From an uncultured Bacilli bacterium (lineage in GTDB: Bacteria > Bacillota_I > Bacilli_A > RF39 > UBA660): DNA of 64,000 nucleotides. The position numbers and the translations under genes are program-made. The notes beneath the pieces were generated by a model. It saw only the letters and a list, made by a program, of their open reading frames with translations, did not search any database and had not been told where the DNA came from. Location of the stretch: positions 6,728-70,727 of the forward strand of contig CANQID010000003.1 in the NCBI GenBank assembly GCA_947623925.1, in the 5' to 3' direction. This document shows, in pieces, positions 11,602 to 20,901 of this stretch. Position 1 is the stretch's first letter. Each line of letters begins with the position of its first letter.

Positions 11602-11796
11602 CTACTCTGATAGTTCGCGTTCGCGTAAAATTGTTTTCATGCGAGCAACTAACTTTCTTAATTCTCTAATTCTTGAAGGTTTTTCAAGGTTACCAGTGGC
11701 TTGACTTAAACGTAAATTAAATAGTTCTTCTTTGTATTCTTCTATTTTTTTAGTAAGATCTTCAGTTGACATATTTCTGATTTCACTATTTTTCAT
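11602..11796 (-). CDS. rpmC: 50S ribosomal protein L29
   Basis: ELFNLR...ARMKT; start placed at MKNSE after GGTGAG. Confidence 0.96.
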   Translation of the reverse strand: MKNSEIRNMSTEDLTKKIEEYKEELFNLRLSQATGNLEKPSRIRELRKLVARMKTILRERELSE

Positions 11797-12217
11797 TAGT
11801 CTCACCACTTTCTTTCTTTACAAATTTACATTTAATTGGAAGTTTATGCATAGCAAGTCTTAATGCTTCTCTTGCAATTTCCTCACTTACTCCACTTACT
11901 TCAAACATAATTTTGCCTTTTTTAACAACTGCAACCCAAACTTCTGGTTGTCCTTTACCTTTACCCATACGAGTTTCCAAAGGTATCTTAGTTAATGATA
12001 AGTGAGGGAATATATTTATAAATACCTTTCCTCCACGTTTCATATAACGTGTCATGGCAACACGGGCAGCTTCGATTTGTTGTTGTGTTATCCAAGCACC
12101 TTCTTCTGCTCTTAAACCATATTCACCAAAGTGTAATTCTTTATTTCCTTTAGCAATACCGTCATATACTAAACGATGTGGACGACGATATTTAGTTCTT
12201 TTTGGAATGACTGCCAT
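11786..12217 (-). CDS. rplP: 50S ribosomal protein L16
   Basis: PKRTKYR; RMGKGKG; start re-placed at ATG 8 nt after GGAGG. Confidence 0.97.
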   Translation of the reverse strand: MAVIPKRTKYRRPHRLVYDGIAKGNKELHFGEYGLRAEEGAWITQQQIEAARVAMTRYMKRGGKVFINIFPHLSLTKIPLETRMGKGKGQPEVWVAVVKKGKIMFEVSGVSEEIAREALRLAMHKLPIKCKFVKKESGETNEK

Positions 12218-12872
12218 CTTCATTACCTCCCTTATTTTTCTTTTCAGGAAGGATTTCTCCTTTATAAATCCATACTTTAACACCTATTTTACCATAAGTA
12301 GTATCTGCCTCCTTATGAGCATAATCAATATTAGCTCTTAAAGTATGAAGTGGAACATTTCCTTCAACATATCCTTCAGTTCTAGCCATATCAGCTCCAC
12401 CTAAACGTCCTGATACTGAAGTTTTAATTCCTTTTGCTCCTGCTTTCATTGCATTTCTAATAGCTCTTTTTTGAGCAATTCTAAATGAAACACGATTTTC
12501 AATTTGATGTGCAATATTTTCTGCAACTAGTGCTGCAACTATATCTGGGTTTTTTACTTCCATAATAGAAATTTGTACATCTTCATTTACTAATTTTGAT
12601 AACTCTTTTTTTAATTTTTCTATTTCATCACCGCCATGGCCAATTACTACACCAGGCTTTGCAGTATTGATAATTATATCAACTTTAGCACTTGTTCTTT
12701 CAATAAGAATATTTGCTACTGCAGCATCTTTTAATTTTTTTGATAAAAATCTACGAATTTTGACATCATTATTTAAATATTTTGAGAAATCTTTGTTACC
12801 TGCATACCATTTTGATTCCCAAGTTTTATTGATGCCAATTCTAAGTCCTATTGGACTAACTTTTTGACCCAC
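12192..12872 (-). CDS. rpsC: 30S ribosomal protein S3
   Basis: [11 protein letters not shown]; [11 protein letters not shown]; GTG start. Confidence 0.99.
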   Translation of the reverse strand: MGQKVSPIGLRIGINKTWESKWYAGNKDFSKYLNNDVKIRRFLSKKLKDAAVANILIERTSAKVDIIINTAKPGVVIGHGGDEIEKLKKELSKLVNEDVQISIMEVKNPDIVAALVAENIAHQIENRVSFRIAQKRAIRNAMKAGAKGIKTSVSGRLGGADMARTEGYVEGNVPLHTLRANIDYAHKEADTTYGKIGVKVWIYKGEILPEKKNKGGNEDGSHSKKN

Positions 12873-12889
12873 GAGTTTTCCTCCTTTGC

Positions 12890-13222
12890 TTATTTTTCAC
12901 TAACAACTATCTTTATATGACTTGTTCTCTTTTTAATAGGATCAACATGTCCACGAGAACCAAATTTCATTCTTTTCATTACTTGTCCTTCGTTTACAAT
13001 TGCTTCTTTAACATATAATTTAGACTTGTCTAAATTTAAGTTGTTTTCAGCATTTGCAACAGCAGACACTAAAACTTTTCTTGATAGTCTAGCTGCTTCT
13101 TTATTAATATTTTTTAATATTTTATCTGCTTCTTCTACGCTTTTCCCACGTATCAAATCTATAACTAAACGAGCTTTACGAGGTGCAATTCTAACTCCTT
13201 TTGCAATCGCTAATGCTTCCAT
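12890..13222 (-). CDS. rplV: 50S ribosomal protein L22
   Basis: [10 protein letters not shown]; SAVANAENN. Confidence 0.99.
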   Translation of the reverse strand: MEALAIAKGVRIAPRKARLVIDLIRGKSVEEADKILKNINKEAARLSRKVLVSAVANAENNLNLDKSKLYVKEAIVNEGQVMKRMKFGSRGHVDPIKKRTSHIKIVVSEK

Positions 13223-13248
13223 TTTAGTCCTCCTTCCTGATACTTAAA

Positions 13249-13518
13249 TTATTTTACTTTATTTTCGCCATGTCCACCAAATTTACGTGTTAATGCAAAT
13301 TCACCTAATTTATGACCAACCATGTCTTCAGTAACATAAACAGGTATAAATTCTTTACCATTATGAACAGCAAATGTGTGTCCAATAAATTCAGGGTAGA
13401 TTGTTGAACGGCGAGACCAAGTTTTTATAACTTCTTTTTTTCCTGATTCATTTGATTTTTCGACCTTTTTCATTAGATGTTCTGCTACATAAGGTCCTTT
13501 TTTTAAACTTCTAGCCAT
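13249..13518 (-). CDS. rpsS: 30S ribosomal protein S19
   Basis: RSLKKGP; MVGHKLGEF. Confidence 0.99.
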   Translation of the reverse strand: MARSLKKGPYVAEHLMKKVEKSNESGKKEVIKTWSRRSTIYPEFIGHTFAVHNGKEFIPVYVTEDMVGHKLGEFALTRKFGGHGENKVK

Positions 13519-13536
13519 TTAATTCAATTCCTTTCC

Positions 13537-14367
13537 CTATTTTTTACGACGACGTACAATTAGTTTGTCGCTTGCTTTTTTCTTATCACGTGTTTTATAA
13601 CCCAAAGCTGGTTTTCCCCATGGAGTAACTGGTCCTTTACGACCTACAGGTGTACGACCTTCTCCACCACCATGAGGGTGATCATTAGGGTTCATAACAG
13701 AACCACGAACTGTTGGTTTAATTCCCATATGTCTTTTGCGTCCTGCTTTACCAATGCTTACTAATTCATGATCAGCATTTCCTACTTCTCCAATTGTAGC
13801 TCTACAAGTACTTAATACTTTACGAACTTCTCCACTTGTTAAACGAAGTAGTGTGTATTTTCCTTCACGTCCTAATATTTGAATACTAGACCCAGCAGTA
13901 CGAGCCATTTGCCCACCTTTTCCTGCTTTTAATTCAACATTATGAACTAAAGTACCTTCAGGTATATTTCCAAGTTCTAGTGAATTACCAATTTTTATAT
14001 CTGTTGATGCTCCACTTTCTACTTTATCCCCTACTTTTAATCCTTTTGGAGCAATTATATATCTTTTTTCTCCATCAGAATAATTAATTAAAGCAATGTT
14101 TGATGTTCTATTTGGGTCGTATTCTATTGAAGAAACTGTACCAATTATATTATCTTTATTTCTTTTAAAATCGATAATACGATATTTTCTCTTTTCTCCA
14201 CCACCACGATGTCTTAATGTAATTTTTCCTTGGTTATTACGACCACCATTTTTCTTTAATGTTACAACTAGTGATTTTTCTGGTGTATCTTTAGTTATTT
14301 CAGTATTAACTAATTTAGACATACCACGAGTACCATTAGTCATAGGTTTAAATGTTTTTATAGCCAT
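13537..14367 (-). CDS. rplB: 50S ribosomal protein L2
   Basis: IEYDPNR; [13 protein letters not shown]. Confidence 0.99.
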   Translation of the reverse strand: MAIKTFKPMTNGTRGMSKLVNTEITKDTPEKSLVVTLKKNGGRNNQGKITLRHRGGGEKRKYRIIDFKRNKDNIIGTVSSIEYDPNRTSNIALINYSDGEKRYIIAPKGLKVGDKVESGASTDIKIGNSLELGNIPEGTLVHNVELKAGKGGQMARTAGSSIQILGREGKYTLLRLTSGEVRKVLSTCRATIGEVGNADHELVSIGKAGRKRHMGIKPTVRGSVMNPNDHPHGGGEGRTPVGRKGPVTPWGKPALGYKTRDKKKASDKLIVRRRKK

Positions 14368-14378
14368 GATTACCCTCC

Positions 14379-14660
14379 TTAGTTAAGTTCTATTGAACTA
14401 CCTTCACTTAGTTTAACAATTGCTTTTTTTACTTTAACAGTTTTACCTGTGTAACGACCTACTCTTTTTTTCTTAGGTTTTACATTTATTGTATTAACGC
14501 TATCTACTTTTACATTAAATACTTTTTCTATTGCTTGTTTAATTTGAGTTTTATTTGCTCTAACATCAACGCTAAATACAATAACATTATTTTTTGCTAA
14601 ATCAGAACTTTTTTCTGTAACGATTGGTGCTTTTATAATATCTCTATAATTACTCATCAT
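14379..14660 (-). CDS. rplW: 50S ribosomal protein L23
   Basis: PIVTEKS; KKAIVKL. Confidence 0.98.
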   Translation of the reverse strand: MMSNYRDIIKAPIVTEKSSDLAKNNVIVFSVDVRANKTQIKQAIEKVFNVKVDSVNTINVKPKKKRVGRYTGKTVKVKKAIVKLSEGSSIELN

Positions 14661-15280
14661 TAGATAAGCACCTCCTCTATTTGTTTAATAGCTTTTTCTG
14701 TTGCTATCATTTTATCTGCTGAAATTATATCTAAAACATTTATTTCATCAGCTTGTAATAAAATAACATTTCTTAAATTACGAGTAGCTAAAATCATATT
14801 TTCTGATAATCCATCTACAACTATTAATACATTCTTTTCAGCTTTTAAATTTGATAGTAATGTTTTAACTTCTTTAGTTTTATTACTTTCTAATTCGAAT
14901 TTATCTATAACTATTAATTCTTTGTCTTTTGCTTTGCAAGATAGAGCCGCTTTTAAAGCTAATCTTCTTTCTTTGCGGTTCATTTTTTTGCTGTAATCTC
15001 TTGGATGTGGTCCAAAAACTACACCACCATGATACCAATGTGGAGCGCGTGTACTTCCTTGACGAGCACGACCTGTACCTTTTTGTCTCCAAGGCTTTGC
15101 TCCTCCTCCACTTACTTCTGAACGTGTTTTTGTATCAGCTGTACCTTGTCTTAATGAATTTCTTGATAAAGTAATTGCATCATACAATACAGCATCATTT
15201 TGTACTTCCCAGATTTCTTTTGATAATGTAATATCGCTTACTTTTTCACCTTTAGTATTTAATACAGATAATTTAGACAT
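14660..15280 (-). CDS. rplD: 50S ribosomal protein L4
   Basis: [14 protein letters not shown]. Confidence 0.99.
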   Translation of the reverse strand: MSKLSVLNTKGEKVSDITLSKEIWEVQNDAVLYDAITLSRNSLRQGTADTKTRSEVSGGGAKPWRQKGTGRARQGSTRAPHWYHGGVVFGPHPRDYSKKMNRKERRLALKAALSCKAKDKELIVIDKFELESNKTKEVKTLLSNLKAEKNVLIVVDGLSENMILATRNLRNVILLQADEINVLDIISADKMIATEKAIKQIEEVLI

Positions 15281-15291
15281 CTATATTCCTC

Positions 15292-16086
15292 CTATTCTTC
15301 TGTAGCCTCAGAAGTTTCTGATTCTTCAGTAGTTTCTGCTGTTTCTAAAGTTTCTTCAGTTTCAACTGACTCTGTTTGTTCAACAGTTTCAACTGTTTCT
15401 TCTATTTCAGGAGTTGCATATGCATATGAGTTTAATTCCTCTACTTCATTAACTTTTCCTGGATTTTTAACAGAAGATTTTATAATTACTAAAGATTTTT
15501 TAGGTCCTGGTATATTACCTTTAACTAATATTACATTATTTTCTTTATCAACAGCTACTACTTCAAGATTTTGAATAGTTACTGTTAATACTCCCATATG
15601 TCCTGGTAATTTTTTACCTTTAAAAACACGCATTGGTCTCATTGTTCCCATTGAACCTGGTCTTCTATGATAATGTGAACCATGTCCCATAGGTCCTCTA
15701 CTTTGATTATGTCTTTTTATAACACCTTGGAACCCATGACCTTTTGTAGTTCCAGTTACATCTACTACTTCACCAGGCTCAAAAATATCTACTGTTATTT
15801 CTTGTCCTAATGAATAGTTATTAATGTCTACACCTTTAATTTCTTTAAAGAAGCGCTTAGGTGTAGTATTTGCTTTGCTAGTATGTCCAGCAGAAGCCTT
15901 TGTCGCTAACTTTTCTCTCTTTGTATCAAAACCAAGTTGAATAGCTTCATAACCATCGTTTTCAATTGTTTTAATTTGAGTAACAATATTTGGTTCAACT
16001 TCAACAACAGTTACAGGAACTAATTTACCAGATTTTGTAAATACTTGAGTCATTCCAATTTTACGACCTAAGATTCCTTTTTTCAT
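15292..16086 (-). CDS. rplC: 50S ribosomal protein L3 with acidic C-terminal extension
   Basis: [10 protein letters not shown]; KGHGFQG; E/T-rich tail. Confidence 0.99.
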   Translation of the reverse strand: MKKGILGRKIGMTQVFTKSGKLVPVTVVEVEPNIVTQIKTIENDGYEAIQLGFDTKREKLATKASAGHTSKANTTPKRFFKEIKGVDINNYSLGQEITVDIFEPGEVVDVTGTTKGHGFQGVIKRHNQSRGPMGHGSHYHRRPGSMGTMRPMRVFKGKKLPGHMGVLTVTIQNLEVVAVDKENNVILVKGNIPGPKKSLVIIKSSVKNPGKVNEVEELNSYAYATPEIEETVETVEQTESVETEETLETAETTEESETSEATEE

Positions 16087-16096
16087 ATTTTTCCTC

Positions 16097-16405
16097 CTAT
16101 AATATTATTTTAATATCTACTCCACTTGGAATATCTAAATGAGTTAAAGCCTCTATAGTTTCCTTGCTTGGATTTATGATATCAATTAGTCTTTTGTGTG
16201 TTCTTTTTTCAAATTGTTCACGTGAATCTTTATACTTGTGAACTGCTCTTAAAATTGTGATTTTTTCAATTTCAGTTGGAAGTGGGATAGGTCCACTTAC
16301 TTCTCCACCTGTTCTTTTCACAGTTTCAATTATTGTAGCACAAGCAGCATCAACACTTTTGTGTTCAAATGATCTCAATTTGATACGAACTTTAGTTTTA
16401 GACAT
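16097..16405 (-). CDS. rpsJ: 30S ribosomal protein S10
   Basis: GPIPLPT; KDSREQFE. Confidence 0.99.
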   Translation of the reverse strand: MSKTKVRIKLRSFEHKSVDAACATIIETVKRTGGEVSGPIPLPTEIEKITILRAVHKYKDSREQFEKRTHKRLIDIINPSKETIEALTHLDIPSGVDIKIIL

Positions 16406-16530
16406 TTGTATCCTCCTCTCGCCTATATCCAGTATAGACTTGCTCCGTGTAAAAACCTGAATGCCAATTGTTTTATTACAACTTAACCTGGTGTTTCAGC
16501 AACCTCACACATCATAGCATGCCACACATT
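16406..16530 (-). ncRNA. Firmicute S10-operon 5' leader (structured ribosomal leader)
   Basis: Relatively GC-rich leader with GAGGTTGCTGAAACACCAGG, CACGGAG and a GTCTAT...ATAGGC hairpin before AGGAGG, resembling Bacillus rpsJ leaders. Confidence 0.75.
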
Positions 16531-16534
16531 CAAA

Positions 16535-16563
16535 ATTATACACAATTATTATATGAAAATCAA
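16535..16563 (-). promoter_or_regulatory. SigA promoter of the S10 operon
   Basis: TTGATT-17 bp-TATAAT immediately upstream of the leader. Confidence 0.75.
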
Positions 16564-16790
16564 TAGATTTTTAGAATTTTTTTAATAATTTTTTAAATTT
16601 TGCATAAAAAAATTTTTCTGTACTTTTATCTTTATAATATATTTATCTTTATAATATATTTTTGTTCTATTTTTTGATAATTCTAAACTTTAAACTTACT
16701 ACTTATTTTAACATTACATTTGTTAGAATAATTTTAATGCATTAAATTAAATATTTAATGTTTTTCATATAATTAAATGGGTGAGCATGC

Positions 16791-17117
16791 ATGAATCTAG
16801 TTCCTAATATAAACGCAAAAACATTCACTTTAAGTGCAATCGTGATTGGATATATATTAATTGATAATTCAACCCCGGCAGAGCAAAATTCATTAGGAAA
16901 CTGGTTTATGCTAATAGGGCAAGTTCTTTGTACAAATTCTGCACAACAACAAGTAATAAACAATCGAACTAATAAATCAAATTCGTCTAATAGGCACATT
17001 ATAAATGATGACAATATTAACAATTCTTCTGATAATGTTGAAGAACAAATAGAAATGATTAAAAAGGTGATAAATGCGATGAAAACCGAGATTGAAAATT
17101 TAAAAAACAAATTATAA
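16791..17117 (+). CDS. Conserved-looking hypothetical protein, possibly sporulation-associated
   Basis: RBS GGGTGA; motif EQNSLGNWFMLIGQVL; C-terminal coiled coil; CATATAAT upstream. Confidence 0.65.
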   Translation: MNLVPNINAKTFTLSAIVIGYILIDNSTPAEQNSLGNWFMLIGQVLCTNSAQQQVINNRTNKSNSSNRHIINDDNINNSSDNVEEQIEMIKKVINAMKTEIENLKNKL

Positions 17118-17127
17118 AAAGCAACAA

Positions 17128-17862
17128 TTAAATGTTGCTATCATGGTTTAAATTATCAATATTTTCTTTGCTAATATGAGTTTCAAATTCATTATATGAT
17201 TTGTTTATTTGTTCTTCTTCGTTTATATCTTTTATATTATTTTTCTTATTCATTTTATTATTTATAGGTAAACTAACTATTTTTCTATATATTAAAATTA
17301 GAGATACTATTATAAAATTAAGTACGAACATTATTGTACTAGCTTGTATAAGAATTCTAAATGTTTGATTTGAATATATAGACATTTGTGAAAAGAAATC
17401 CAAATTATTTTTTACCACTACATCTAATATCATGAAAAAAAACAAATACGTACAACAGAAACAAAATACATTAACTACATTAATGAATAAATTTGATCTT
17501 GAACTTAAAAATTTTAATTTACTATATTTATCAAATAAACTTAATACTGTATTAATATTTAGCACTACAAACATTAAAAAATATATCGCTACATTTGGAA
17601 AATATATTAAATTAAATATTAAATCAACTAACTTATCAAAAAGATACAATAAAAATTTTCCATAATATCCAAATAGCAATATAATTAGAATTGCATATAT
17701 TAAAAATAAGACATGCCTTACTTTTTTATTTTTTTTAATCATAAATACAATCATCATAATCAAAGAAAGTGCAAAGAATATAAATAATTCTAAATAAAAA
17801 GGTGTTGTAAATATCAAAACTAATATAGAATAAAGATTTTGTAAAAAGTTAGTTTCTTCCAT
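17128..17862 (-). CDS. Hypothetical polytopic membrane protein
   Basis: About 5 hydrophobic segments; RBS AAGGTG; 15 nt downstream of the sortase gene. Confidence 0.75.
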   Translation of the reverse strand: MEETNFLQNLYSILVLIFTTPFYLELFIFFALSLIMMIVFMIKKNKKVRHVLFLIYAILIILLFGYYGKFLLYLFDKLVDLIFNLIYFPNVAIYFLMFVVLNINTVLSLFDKYSKLKFLSSRSNLFINVVNVFCFCCTYLFFFMILDVVVKNNLDFFSQMSIYSNQTFRILIQASTIMFVLNFIIVSLILIYRKIVSLPINNKMNKKNNIKDINEEEQINKSYNEFETHISKENIDNLNHDSNI

Positions 17863-17877
17863 TTTAACACCTTCTAT

Positions 17878-18540
17878 TTAAATTCTTTCAAAAATATATA
17901 TTGATTGTAAAGTATTTGAGTTTTTTGTACAAGTAATTAAAGTTAATACTGTCTTACTATTATTTCTATAAATTATCAAGTTCCCCGTTTTAGGTTGTGT
18001 GTAAACATTAACAAGTTCATATTTATATTCAACGTTATTGTATTTTATATAAGCAACATCTCCAATTTTTAAATCGCTTAATCTCTTAAAATATGCTCTA
18101 TAACTTGTTCCATTGTGTCCAGCCAACATTACATTTCCTAATTCCTCATCCGGATAACTTGACTTAGATAAAATCATTACATTTTTATCTACTGTATTAT
18201 TTTTAGAATTTTTATCATAAAATCCTTTTTCTAATTTTATTTTTGGGATTTTTAATACTCCTATATAAGATTCTTTGTTTGAAGTAGATTGACTATTTTT
18301 AGAAGGCTTTTCTTCATCATCAATTTGTTCATTATTTTCTTCTACTATTTCAGGCTGATTTTCTATTTGTTCATCTTTTTCTTCTAAATATTCTACTTTA
18401 ACATCATTACTTGCGTCTAAAAGAGTTAAGGCCATTGTTTCAAAGGCCTTATTCTTTTTTTCATTTTTATATGGTATAAGAATAACTGTCAATCCTAAAA
18501 CCATTAATATTAAAAATATAAATACAACTATTTTATTCAA
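17878..18540 (-). CDS. Sortase family protein
   Basis: N-terminal anchor, IPKI, LAGHN, LKIGD, TLITC; adjacent to a gene with a VPDTG sorting signal. Confidence 0.9.
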   Translation of the reverse strand: MNKIVVFIFLILMVLGLTVILIPYKNEKKNKAFETMALTLLDASNDVKVEYLEEKDEQIENQPEIVEENNEQIDDEEKPSKNSQSTSNKESYIGVLKIPKIKLEKGFYDKNSKNNTVDKNVMILSKSSYPDEELGNVMLAGHNGTSYRAYFKRLSDLKIGDVAYIKYNNVEYKYELVNVYTQPKTGNLIIYRNNSKTVLTLITCTKNSNTLQSIYIFERI

Positions 18541-20720
18541 AATTGTTCACTTTTACGTTTTCTTATATAGAAATATGTTCCTGCTATTCCTGACACTAAT
18601 ATAACTCCCCCAACTACATAAATCATCATTGAAGTAAAGCTTCCAGTATCTGGAACAGGCACTATAGTTAAACTATCATAGATTGTTACAACTTGTACTT
18701 TATCAGTACCTTCTACTGTGAAGGTAATAGGTTCTGCCTTATCATATCCTTCTGGTGCAGTTACCTCTTCCACTGTATATTCTTCCCCTATAATTAAGCG
18801 TTCAACTACATATGGCTCAGTAGTACTAATCCATCTTTCGATTACTTCACCATTTTTATTTTTTAAGACTAACTCTGCTCCTGCTATAATTTCAGAAGTA
18901 TCCTTGTCTTTCTTTGGGAAAGTTACAGTTGTTGGTTTATTTACCATTACAACAGGTTTATCTACTTTACCATCTTTTACGTCAAATACAACTGCAGTAG
19001 TTGTTTTTATATAACCTTTTGGTGCAATAGTTTCTGATAAAGAGTATGTTCCGTCCTTTAAGCCTTTAACTATATGAACTTTATCAGTTGAATCCCATTC
19101 TTCAATTACTTTTCCAGTAACAACATCTTTTAACACCAAATGAGCACCAGGTAGTTCTTCTCCTGTAGTTGCATCTTGTTTACTTATTTCAATTTCATTT
19201 AAAGCATTTTTCATTGTAAATGTATTTGCATCTGCAGAAGAAGTCGAAGATATTTTTCTAGTTACTTTTTCTTTATTTAAAACATATCCATCTGGTGCTT
19301 TCAATTCTTCTAATGTACATGTATCTCCAGGACTAATTTTATTACCTTTTGCATCAGTACCATTTATATAAGTATATTCATTAGTTGTAGTAAACTCCTT
19401 ACTATAACCAGATGTACAGCTAAATCTCATTTTTGCGCCACTTAAATTCTTACCATTTTCATCTTGCTTTACTATTCTAATATTAACTTTGTAATTGATT
19501 GCTTTAAATTCTAAAGTTTCACCAGCTTTAAGAGTTTTAGTTTGTTTAATCATAGTAACAAATCCATCTGGCGTTTCTATTTCTTCTAATGTTACTGTTC
19601 CGGGAGCTAAATCATATACATCATGAGCATTACCATCAGTTGTCCATGTAAATGTTTTTCCAGTTGAATCTGTTAATTTTAATTTTGCACCACTTACAGG
19701 TTTATTATCTTCATCTACTTTTTCAACTTTAACATGAGTTCTTGTAAAAGATACTGTCTTACCTGTCCCTATTGCTTCATCATATTTAATTGGTACTAAT
19801 AAATTTTGATAATCATAACGATCTAATGGTTTAGTAGCAGATGTTTTGTATAAATATGTTTTATAAGTTGATCTTTTAACACTTGCAGTAACCGTAATGT
19901 TACCAGTTAATGAATTAAGTCTACTAACTGGTAAATTCAAAGTTATTGTCTTACCATTTCTACTTAGTACCCCAGATTCATCACCAAATCCACTTTTTGA
20001 AGAAATTGTAACATTATATATATTAGATACAGGTTCATCAGTATCAATTGTAATGGTAGATGTAAGTTTTGTTCTATCACTTGAATAGTTCATACTATTA
20101 CTACCAGTTAAAGCTATAGTTAATGAAGTTTTCTTGGCAGAAAGTGCATTATTAGCTAAATTTTTTATTTTTGAATATAATTTATATTGATCTGTGTAAT
20201 TTGTTGCTTCTAATGAAGCTTTCTTAAATGTTGCAGGTAAATTGCCTTCTTCACTATCTGAAACCCCATTTGCAAGATCTTGATACCACCATAAAGCAAC
20301 TTGTGTAACATAATATGCTTGATCTTCAGTAACACCTAATTTTGCTGCTGTACCGTTTTCAATTAAATATAAATATGCATATTTAGTCTGTTCTGAAATT
20401 TTATTTAAAGTATATGCATCGTCACCCCATGCACCAACTTGATATGGTGTTCCTTGTTTTTCCATACAATATGCAGCTCTAGATTCTCCATTTACTGTTA
20501 CATATTGTTTTGGAAGTTTAATGGATTCCTCCCAATTACCATCATTATCTTTAATAAAAGCTAACCAATCTTCACCGTATTCATCAGCCTGTGAAGTTTT
20601 TGTTTTATCTATTGTCACCGTACTAGGTGCTGTTTCAGCACTTACAGTATTTACAGCAAAAAAAACTGAAAATATTAATAATAACAAAGACATTTTCTTT
20701 AAAAATCCACTATTTTTCAT
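18537..20720 (-). CDS. Cell-wall-anchored adhesin: thioester domain plus 4 SpaA/Cna-B Ig-like repeats plus VPDTG sorting signal
   Basis: Signal peptide; AYCME, TQVALW and YQNLL TED motifs; four K.D...GA...E..(A/T)P.GY/F repeats; VPDTG-TM-RKRK. Confidence 0.88.
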   Translation of the reverse strand: MKNSGFLKKMSLLLLIFSVFFAVNTVSAETAPSTVTIDKTKTSQADEYGEDWLAFIKDNDGNWEESIKLPKQYVTVNGESRAAYCMEKQGTPYQVGAWGDDAYTLNKISEQTKYAYLYLIENGTAAKLGVTEDQAYYVTQVALWWYQDLANGVSDSEEGNLPATFKKASLEATNYTDQYKLYSKIKNLANNALSAKKTSLTIALTGSNSMNYSSDRTKLTSTITIDTDEPVSNIYNVTISSKSGFGDESGVLSRNGKTITLNLPVSRLNSLTGNITVTASVKRSTYKTYLYKTSATKPLDRYDYQNLLVPIKYDEAIGTGKTVSFTRTHVKVEKVDEDNKPVSGAKLKLTDSTGKTFTWTTDGNAHDVYDLAPGTVTLEEIETPDGFVTMIKQTKTLKAGETLEFKAINYKVNIRIVKQDENGKNLSGAKMRFSCTSGYSKEFTTTNEYTYINGTDAKGNKISPGDTCTLEELKAPDGYVLNKEKVTRKISSTSSADANTFTMKNALNEIEISKQDATTGEELPGAHLVLKDVVTGKVIEEWDSTDKVHIVKGLKDGTYSLSETIAPKGYIKTTTAVVFDVKDGKVDKPVVMVNKPTTVTFPKKDKDTSEIIAGAELVLKNKNGEVIERWISTTEPYVVERLIIGEEYTVEEVTAPEGYDKAEPITFTVEGTDKVQVVTIYDSLTIVPVPDTGSFTSMMIYVVGGVILVSGIAGTYFYIRKRKSEQF

Positions 20721-20746
20721 ATTTCTACCATCCTATTCTAAGAATT

Positions 20747-20786
20747 ATTATAACACACATTCGACATATTTCAAGTATTTTTGACA
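20747..20786 (-). promoter_or_regulatory. SigA-type promoter of the adhesin with an embedded Spo0A box
   Basis: TTGAAA-16 bp-TATAAT with extended TG; TGTCGAA at 20760-20766 in the spacer; TGTCAAA at 20780-20786. Confidence 0.55.
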
Positions 20787-20901
20787 TTGATATATAAAAA
20801 AGTGTAAAGTTATTATTTATAATAAACATTTATATTATGTGTACAATATAAAAAAATATTTAACCTTTTAAAATTTTAAAAATTTTAAAAAAAGAACTAG
20901 A

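Noticed and set aside
16625-16658. 17-bp tandem duplication TTTATCTTTATAATATA x2
   Set aside because: Low-complexity slippage with no supportable function
20866-20891. TTTTAAAAA 9-bp repeats after ftsH
   Set aside because: Low-complexity AT palindromes, at most a weak terminator
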